A stretch of 64,000 nt of DNA from an uncultured Acidimicrobiia bacterium (lineage in GTDB: Bacteria > Actinomycetota > Acidimicrobiia > Spongiisociales > UBA5794). The translations under genes were made by a program, and so were the position numbers. Shown piece after piece: positions 57,999 to 64,000 of the stretch (positions within the stretch are counted from its first letter, which is position 1; the number at the start of each line of letters is the position of its first letter). The stretch lies in assembly GCA_963823505.1 (NCBI GenBank), contig CAWGLY010000005.1:1218370-1282369 (forward strand). The letters run 5' to 3'. The notes beneath the pieces were generated by a model. It worked only from the letters and a program-made list of their open reading frames with translations. It searched no databases and was not told where the DNA came from.

Positions 57999-58835
57999 TC
58001 AGGAGCGAGGCGCCAGGTCAGGAGAGCGGACCGCTTCTCGTGCCGCCTCGGCGCCGGCTTGGAGAGCGACGGCCACTGCGTCCCCGTGCAGCAGCGCGGA
58101 GGCGAAACCCGCAAAGAAGCCGTCGCCCGCTCCGTTGCTGTCGACCGGCTGGGCGGGTTCGGTCGCGATGTCGCACCAACCGTCTGCGGTGTAGGCAGAC
58201 GCCCCTGCCGCCCCATGAGTGCACACCACCAACTCGGCACCGGACCGGATCCTTGCCTCGGCGAAGGCCCTCCAGTCGCGCAGGGCCGTGGTGCTGAGTT
58301 GGAGATAGGTCGCAGCCTCGATGAAGTCCCGGTGGTAGGGATTGGCGCCGTCGTAGTCGTGGATGTCGATCCACAGGGGTATTCCGAGCTCGGCCGCTAT
58401 CGGCAAAAAGCCGCGACAGTGATCGAAGATCGTCACGGCCACCAGATCGGCATCCGCCATCTGCTGCCGCATTGCATGGTGATCCACTTCGAGGTGACGG
58501 CTGCCGCTGCTGGCGAAGATGGAGATCCGGTCGCCCGACCCGTCCATCAGGTTGACGTGGCGCATCGTCCCTGCCGGATCATCGACCGTCGTCAGCTCGA
58601 CTCCGGCGTCGCCGAGGAAGGCCCGGACCTTGCGACCGTACTCATCGGTGCCGAGAGCGGCCCACAACCTGACCTGCCATCCGAGGTGGCGGAGGTTGAG
58701 TGCCTTGCCTGCCCCGCTGGAGCCCACCGTCTCGTAGCTGCGCGCCGCAAAGAGGGTTTGAGGCCGAGGCTCCGGCAGCTCGTCGAGGTACAGCATGTGG
58801 TTCCACGAGGCACCACCGAGAATCAGCGCTCTCAC
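57999..58835 (-). CDS. PfkB-family carbohydrate kinase
   Basis: MRALILGGASWNHM... and C-terminal DSNGAGDGFFAGFA (the DTxGAGD-like anion hole). Confidence 0.75.
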   Translation of the reverse strand: MRALILGGASWNHMLYLDELPEPRPQTLFAARSYETVGSSGAGKALNLRHLGWQVRLWAALGTDEYGRKVRAFLGDAGVELTTVDDPAGTMRHVNLMDGSGDRISIFASSGSRHLEVDHHAMRQQMADADLVAVTIFDHCRGFLPIAAELGIPLWIDIHDYDGANPYHRDFIEAATYLQLSTTALRDWRAFAEARIRSGAELVVCTHGAAGASAYTADGWCDIATEPAQPVDSNGAGDGFFAGFASALLHGDAVAVALQAGAEAAREAVRSPDLAPRS

Positions 58836-58861
58836 GATTCAGCCGGCAAGGGTGGGTGCCG

Positions 58862-59224
58862 TCATGCCTTCACGAGGCAGAACGGGTGACCCACAGGATC
58901 GAGGTAGACCCGCCACTCGTCAGGTGAAGGCTGGCTGGCCGTCTTGGTGGCGCCTATGGCCAGGACCGCAGCCTCGCCAACATCGAGATCGTCGACGTCG
59001 AAGTCGAGGTGCGCCTGCTGCGGGCTGCCGTCCGGCCAATCCGGCGGTTCGTAGTCTGCGACCTGCTGAAAAGCGACCGTACCCACCCCGGTTTCGAGCT
59101 CCACCCAATCGTCCGAGCCGGCATCGCTACGGATCTCCCCGCCGGTGATGCGGTGATAGAACTCGGCCAGGGCAAGCGGATCGGGACAGTCGAGGGCAAC
59201 CAGACTGTATCTCGCAATGACCAT
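58862..59224 (-). CDS. VOC-family (glyoxalase-like) protein
   Basis: 120 aa. LVALDCPDPLALAEFY...AHLDFDVDDLD pattern. Confidence 0.6.
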   Translation of the reverse strand: MVIARYSLVALDCPDPLALAEFYHRITGGEIRSDAGSDDWVELETGVGTVAFQQVADYEPPDWPDGSPQQAHLDFDVDDLDVGEAAVLAIGATKTASQPSPDEWRVYLDPVGHPFCLVKA

Positions 59225-59347
59225 GCTGCCTCCCTAGGTGTGACAAGCGGGGACACTGCTGATCAATGTCAGTTCGAACTCGTGGCCGAGTTCGTGACAA
59301 GGCACGGTGTCGGACCCGCGAGGTCTCACGATTTGATCAGCAGTCTC

Positions 59348-60145
59348 TTAGCTGCGTATCGAGTACTTGCGGACCGAGATCGGGCCGAAGACGGCGATGA
59401 TCACAACGATCCAGATCAGGGTGTACACGACCGGGTTTTGCAGCGGCCAGGCCGTGGGCTCTGGGGTACCAGGCGGGATGTTGCCGAACAGCTCGCGAGC
59501 CGCCTGGGTCACCGCGGAAACAGGATTCCACTCCGCAAAGGTCTGCAGCACTCCGGGCAAATTCTCCGCAGGCACAAAGGTGTTGGCGACGAAGGTGAGC
59601 GGGAAGATCACCACGAACGACGCGTTGTTGATCACTTCGACACTGGGCACGATCAACCCGACGTACGCCATGATCCACGAAAACGCATAGGCAAACGCGA
59701 GTAGCAGCACGAAACCGGCGAGGGCATCGACCACGCCATTGTGGATCCGCCAACCCACCAGCAGACCCGTGAGCGCCATGATGATCAGCGAAAGGACGTT
59801 GTAGATGACGTCACTGGAGGTGCGGCCGACCAACACCGCCGACCGCGACATCGGCAGCGAACGAAAGCGGTTGATGATTCCCTTCTGCATGTCGTCGGCA
59901 AGCCCCGCACCGGTGAACGTCGCCCCGAAGATGACGGTCTGGGCGAAGATGCCGCCGATGAGGAACTCCCGGTAGGAGCCGCCGGGAATCTCGATCGAGT
60001 CGCCGAACACAAAAGCGAAGAGCAGGACGAACATGATCGGCGAGATCAGGACGAACATGAGTACTTCGGGCACTCGCTTGATCTTGATCACGTTGCGCTT
60101 GGCGATGACATGACTGTCGGCCACGCCCCACATGAGTTCGTTCAT
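59348..60145 (-). CDS. ABC-2 type transporter permease (DrrB-like)
   Basis: 265 aa, 6 TM, ABC-2 pattern. Start overlaps the ATPase stop (ATGA). Confidence 0.75.
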   Translation of the reverse strand: MNELMWGVADSHVIAKRNVIKIKRVPEVLMFVLISPIMFVLLFAFVFGDSIEIPGGSYREFLIGGIFAQTVIFGATFTGAGLADDMQKGIINRFRSLPMSRSAVLVGRTSSDVIYNVLSLIIMALTGLLVGWRIHNGVVDALAGFVLLLAFAYAFSWIMAYVGLIVPSVEVINNASFVVIFPLTFVANTFVPAENLPGVLQTFAEWNPVSAVTQAARELFGNIPPGTPEPTAWPLQNPVVYTLIWIVVIIAVFGPISVRKYSIRS

Positions 60146-61122
60146 CGGCTGACCTCCGCCGTCGGGCTTGCGGCGTCATCGGTCTCGGCAGCGTGACCGG
60201 TGATGCTGAGAAAGACGTCGTCCAGGGTCGGCCTGCGCAACCCCACGTCATAGACGGCGATGCCTGCGTCGCCGATCGCACGCAGCGCCTCGGCGAAGAC
60301 GGCGGTCCCGCCGCTGATGGGGGCGACAAGCACTCGGGAGCGCTGATTGACTTGGAGGGCGCCGATGGCGTAGCTCTCCAAGATGGATGTGGCCTCCGGG
60401 AGGTTTTGCGGCAACGTGACGGTGACTTCGATGCGCTCGCCACCGATCATCGACTTGAGCTCGTCGGAGGTTCCGTGAGCGATCTCCTTGCCGTGGTCGA
60501 TCACCACGATGTCGTCGGCCAGTTGGTCGGCCTCTTCGAGATACTGCGTGGTGAGCAACACAGTCGTGCCCTTACCGACCAGCTCACGGATGACGGTCCA
60601 CACGTCCGTGCGGCTCCGCGGGTCGAGACCTGTCGTGGGTTCGTCGAGGAACAGCACCGGCGGCTCGGCAACGATGGCGCCGGCGAGGTCGAGCCGGCGG
60701 CGCATGCCTCCCGAGTACGTCTTCACCGGCCGGTCGGCAGCTTCGGCGAGATCGAATCGATCGAGCAGCTCACGGGCCCGGACGCGGGCGTTGGCCCGAC
60801 CGAGCCGGTAGAGCCGCCCGATCATGTCGAGATTCTCGAAGCCGGTGAGGTTCTCGTCGACGGCGGCGAATTGGCCCGACAGACCGATCCGCTTCCGGAC
60901 GGCGGCCGGGTCTTTGACGACATCGGCGCCGGCCACGGTGGCACTCCCGGCTGTCGGCATGATCAGCGTCGTCAGAATCGACACCGCCGTGGTCTTGCCG
61001 GCCCCGTTGGGACCCAGCAGCCCGAGGATGGTCCCCTCGGGGACCATCAAGTCGAGGCCATCGAGAGCTATCACGTCGCCGTAGTGCTTGACGAGACCTG
61101 CGGCCTCAACTGTGCCGTTCAC
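60142..61122 (-). CDS. ABC transporter ATP-binding protein (DrrA-like)
   Basis: Walker A GPNGAGKTT, signature YSGGMRRRLDLA, Walker B VLFLDEPTTGLD. Confidence 0.85.
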   Translation of the reverse strand: MNGTVEAAGLVKHYGDVIALDGLDLMVPEGTILGLLGPNGAGKTTAVSILTTLIMPTAGSATVAGADVVKDPAAVRKRIGLSGQFAAVDENLTGFENLDMIGRLYRLGRANARVRARELLDRFDLAEAADRPVKTYSGGMRRRLDLAGAIVAEPPVLFLDEPTTGLDPRSRTDVWTVIRELVGKGTTVLLTTQYLEEADQLADDIVVIDHGKEIAHGTSDELKSMIGGERIEVTVTLPQNLPEATSILESYAIGALQVNQRSRVLVAPISGGTAVFAEALRAIGDAGIAVYDVGLRRPTLDDVFLSITGHAAETDDAASPTAEVSR

Positions 61123-61574
61123 GAGTGCTCCCTCATTGCCGCACCAAGATCGGCAACACTACATGGAGCCTGTGACACATTCGGCAGGTCCACGGCCCGT
61201 AGGGCCCGATCAGCAACTGGCTGGTGCTGGGGGTTCCGCGTACTTGGACACGGAGCAGGAGTGACACCGCAGACGTGGGCCGTTCCGTGGCCGTGGCGCG
61301 GACACGCAGCGCCGCGCTGTCGAGGCATCGGGCGACATCGCGCCGATCTGGCGATGGCATTCGGCGCGGGGGACTCGTCACTGAGCTCGGGGCGACCGGA
61401 ATCCTGTGCCTGATGCCGGCGCAATCGTGCCGGACAGGTCGAGGACCCGGCGAAGTGCGTACCGACCACCGCGTCGCCCCCGGACGCAAAGGCCCTCCCC
61501 GGCGTGGTTGCCGAGGATCTCGGCTTTCGCCCGTCAACACCGTATGGATAGATGCAAGCTGTGGGTGGTCGGGT

Positions 61575-61760
61575 TCAGTGGCCCCAGCGTCCGGAGCGGT
61601 ACAGGAAGTCTTCGAACCACACAGCGATCCAAGCCATGTGCCCGGTGAGCGTGGCGAGCGACAGCACCGCCGTGAGCGCCAGCACGAACAGCGCCATCCC
61701 GATGGATACACCGAAGATCGCCGGCATCTCCTGCACCCGGGCCATCACGTTGTCGAACAT
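61575..61760 (-). CDS. Possible small membrane protein (61 aa)
   Basis: MFDNVMARVQEMPAIFGVSIGMALFVLALTAVLSLATLTG... has one clear TM. Weak; could be non-coding. Confidence 0.25.
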   Translation of the reverse strand: MFDNVMARVQEMPAIFGVSIGMALFVLALTAVLSLATLTGHMAWIAVWFEDFLYRSGRWGH

Positions 61761-62045
61761 CGCGCTCACCTCACCGGCCCGTGGTGCGGGCGACGCCTGG
61801 CGATAGCCGCCCCCGCACCGCAGTCCAGAACTGGAACCTGCGCCGAGGCGGATCAGGTCGGAGCCGCTCATTGCGGCGGATGACCTGCTGGATCGCCGCC
61901 TCGCGGTACAGGTTCTCCATCACGTGGCTGTGATATGGCATGCTCATCGGCACCATCACGTCTCCTGACATCGCGTACCGCCACCGTACGAAACCCACCG
62001 GGCATCCGCATCGGGACGCGACCCCCAAGTTGGCGGAACCAACCC

Positions 62046-63968
62046 CTAATTCAGACCACCGGCGATACCAAGCTCACGGGCCCTCACCGCCGCCTCCTCG
62101 CGGGAAGCGACATCGAGCTTGGCGAAGATGGCCGACACGTGATGCTCCGCGGTTTTTGTCGACACGAAGAGGCGTTCTCCGATTTCGGCGTTGGAGCAGC
62201 CGGCAGCGATCAGTTGGAGGACCTCGTGCTGGCGTGCCGTCAACCCGGCGGGATGACGCCGTGTCGTTGGCCGCGGTCCCCGCGGGATGTGGGCCACACC
62301 GAGCGTATGCATCCGGCGGCGCACCCGAACGCCGGCGGGCTTGGCTCCAAGTCGGTCGATGATGCCCAGCGCCTCCGCTGCGGCGGCTGCATCGCCATCG
62401 GCAAGGGCACACGCCTCCTCGTACGGGCACCCGATCTCACGCCAGGCGTCAGCAGCGCCTCGCCAATCTCCATCGATCTGTCGGCGGAACGGAACGGCAC
62501 GCACTGCTGCCGCAACCCACCCGTTCGCTCGCCACTGCCAGAAGACGATTTCATCCGTCACCCACGGTTGCGGCATCGCGACGGCCGCATCCAGAACCGG
62601 CGCGATAGCAGCCGCAACCGCCTCGAGATCGTCGCGCAGCCATGCGTATTCCGCTCGCCCCACCGCCACCGGCCCCATCCGCTGCAACTCGCCAGTCGCA
62701 ACAGCCTGCTCCCACGCTGCGTCCAGCAGGTCACGAGCAGCGGTGTCGCCGCGACGCGTGGCGATGCGCGCCAGGGTCGACAGCGCAGGCAGTGTGGTGA
62801 TGCCGGGCGCTGTTGGCCGAGCCAGTACCCATCGAGCCTCCGACTCAGCGTCGTCCCACCGGCCAGTCTCGAAGAAGAGTCGCGCCCGCTCCGCCTTCAA
62901 GTAGTACAGGTCGCCGTGTATTTCACGGCTGCCGGTGAATTCAATGCCGTCCTCGAGGAGCTCTGCCGCCGGTGCGTAATCGCGCACGTCGAGCATGGTC
63001 CAGCCGATGTTGCTGTAGGCGCGCGCCGCATGCTCGTCGAGGCCCTCTGCAAGCGAGAGATCGAGGCTCTGCCGAAGCTGCACCCAGCCGGACTCGTCGC
63101 CGATCCGGAACCGGGCGCTTCCGAGGTTGTTGAGCGCATGCGCTTCGGCGCCAGGATCGCCGACGCTGCGGGCGGCGTCGATGGCACGCCGAGCCCATGC
63201 AATGGCCGGGTCGGCGTCATGGGCAAGCATATGGAGCTGAGCGAGGTTGCTGTACGCCATGGCCAACTCGCTGCTTGGTTCGATCAACTCCAGCACCTCG
63301 ACGGCGTCTTCGCCAGAGCGCAATGCGTTCTCACGCTCGCCGCGCCACCAGTGGACACGCGAGATCCATCGCAACATCGCACCCTCGCCGCGACGATCGC
63401 CGAGTCGGCGATAGAGCCCAAGCGCCTGCTCCGCAGCCTGAAGCACGGCGGATTGATCATCGACGAAGTAGCACTCCGCCGTGTAGTCGGAAAGGACCGC
63501 CACCCGCTCGGTTTCGTCGAGACGACCGAGGTGAGGGAGCAATCGCCTGTAGTGTGAGTAGGCCTCGCGGTGCGCGGCCGCCGCCCGGGCGCTACGTGCC
63601 GCCGCCAGCGCAAACCGCACGAGAGCATCGATATCGCCCGCCCCCTCTGCGTGATGCACCAACCGGGCCGGGTCGACGGCGGATCCGTCGAGGGCTGCCA
63701 CCACCATGCGGTGGAGCTGCCGAGCCTCAGCAGGATCCAGCGAGTCCTCCACTGCCCGCCGGGAGAGTTCGTGCCGGAACCACACGGCGCTCGGACCAAC
63801 CTCGAGCAGACCCTGCCGGCGACATTCCTCGACCGATGAGGCGGCGGCGCCGAGCAACATGCGCTCGCACCTACCCGGTACGATCGCCACCACTTTGGCA
63901 ACGTGGCGGGCCTCTTCCCCGAGCCGGGCCACCCGGGCGAGAACGGCGTCGGCGATCGTCGCAGGCAC
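62046..63968 (-). CDS. LuxR-family transcriptional regulator with TPR-like middle region (LAL-type, possibly N-terminally truncated or continuing beyond the window)
   Basis: C-terminal LuxR HTH (LTARQHEVLQLIAAGCSNAEIGERLFVSTKTAEHHVSAIFAKL); long helical/TPR body. No P-loop in the 640 aa seen. Confidence 0.7.
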   Translation of the reverse strand: MPATIADAVLARVARLGEEARHVAKVVAIVPGRCERMLLGAAASSVEECRRQGLLEVGPSAVWFRHELSRRAVEDSLDPAEARQLHRMVVAALDGSAVDPARLVHHAEGAGDIDALVRFALAAARSARAAAAHREAYSHYRRLLPHLGRLDETERVAVLSDYTAECYFVDDQSAVLQAAEQALGLYRRLGDRRGEGAMLRWISRVHWWRGERENALRSGEDAVEVLELIEPSSELAMAYSNLAQLHMLAHDADPAIAWARRAIDAARSVGDPGAEAHALNNLGSARFRIGDESGWVQLRQSLDLSLAEGLDEHAARAYSNIGWTMLDVRDYAPAAELLEDGIEFTGSREIHGDLYYLKAERARLFFETGRWDDAESEARWVLARPTAPGITTLPALSTLARIATRRGDTAARDLLDAAWEQAVATGELQRMGPVAVGRAEYAWLRDDLEAVAAAIAPVLDAAVAMPQPWVTDEIVFWQWRANGWVAAAVRAVPFRRQIDGDWRGAADAWREIGCPYEEACALADGDAAAAAEALGIIDRLGAKPAGVRVRRRMHTLGVAHIPRGPRPTTRRHPAGLTARQHEVLQLIAAGCSNAEIGERLFVSTKTAEHHVSAIFAKLDVASREEAAVRARELGIAGGLN

Positions 63969-64000
63969 CTCCCCCGCGGGTGCCGCAAGGAACTCGGTCA

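Noticed and set aside
1-64000. CRISPR arrays, tRNA/rRNA genes, transposases, integrases and prophage genes
   Set aside because: No regularly spaced short direct repeats, no cloverleaf-compatible 70-90 nt segments in the intergenic gaps inspected, and no DDE or tyrosine-recombinase-like ORFs were seen. The 69-bp tandem repeat is in-frame coding, not CRISPR.

Overview
The window is high-GC (about 70%) chromosomal DNA from an actinobacterium (phylum Actinomycetota). It carries a mycothiol S-conjugate amidase (Mca) and F420-pathway genes (CofC, an LLM-class F420-dependent oxidoreductase). Many adjacent genes overlap by 4 bp (ATGA/GTGA). Shadow ORFs on the opposite strand are frequent and were ignored.

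The content is mostly core metabolism and housekeeping:
- a ribonucleoside-salvage operon (ribokinase, nucleoside hydrolase, tandem GNAT)
- infA, msrB, pyruvate kinase, P5C dehydrogenase and acyl-CoA dehydrogenase
- a glyoxylate-shunt locus: ramB divergent from aceB-aceA
- an ars locus: arsC divergent from arsR-acr3
- transporters: a KefB-like CPA2 antiporter, NhaP, a UMF1-type MFS transporter, a DrrAB-like ABC exporter, MscS and a family-5 substrate-binding protein
- a two-component system, a MazEF-like toxin-antitoxin pair, two tandem cell-wall amidases and tandem septum-formation-family proteins

No rRNA, tRNA, CRISPR array or transposase/integrase was recognised.

Candidate uncharacterised systems, ranked by how system-like they look:
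1. A co-directional, translationally coupled cluster of a Cas4-like Fe-S PD-(D/E)XK nuclease, Mca, two P-loop GTPases and an MscS channel (49044 down to 43545, minus strand).
2. A trypsin-like protease with a repetitive acidic tail coupled to a MoxR / DUF58 / vWA (BatA-like) triad (33388 down to 28880), preceded by a duplicated 110-140 bp structured non-coding element.
3. A ChlI-like AAA+ ATPase with a vWA partner (12197..15564) whose start overlaps that of divergent msrB.
4. A NurA-HerA nuclease/ATPase pair at the left edge.
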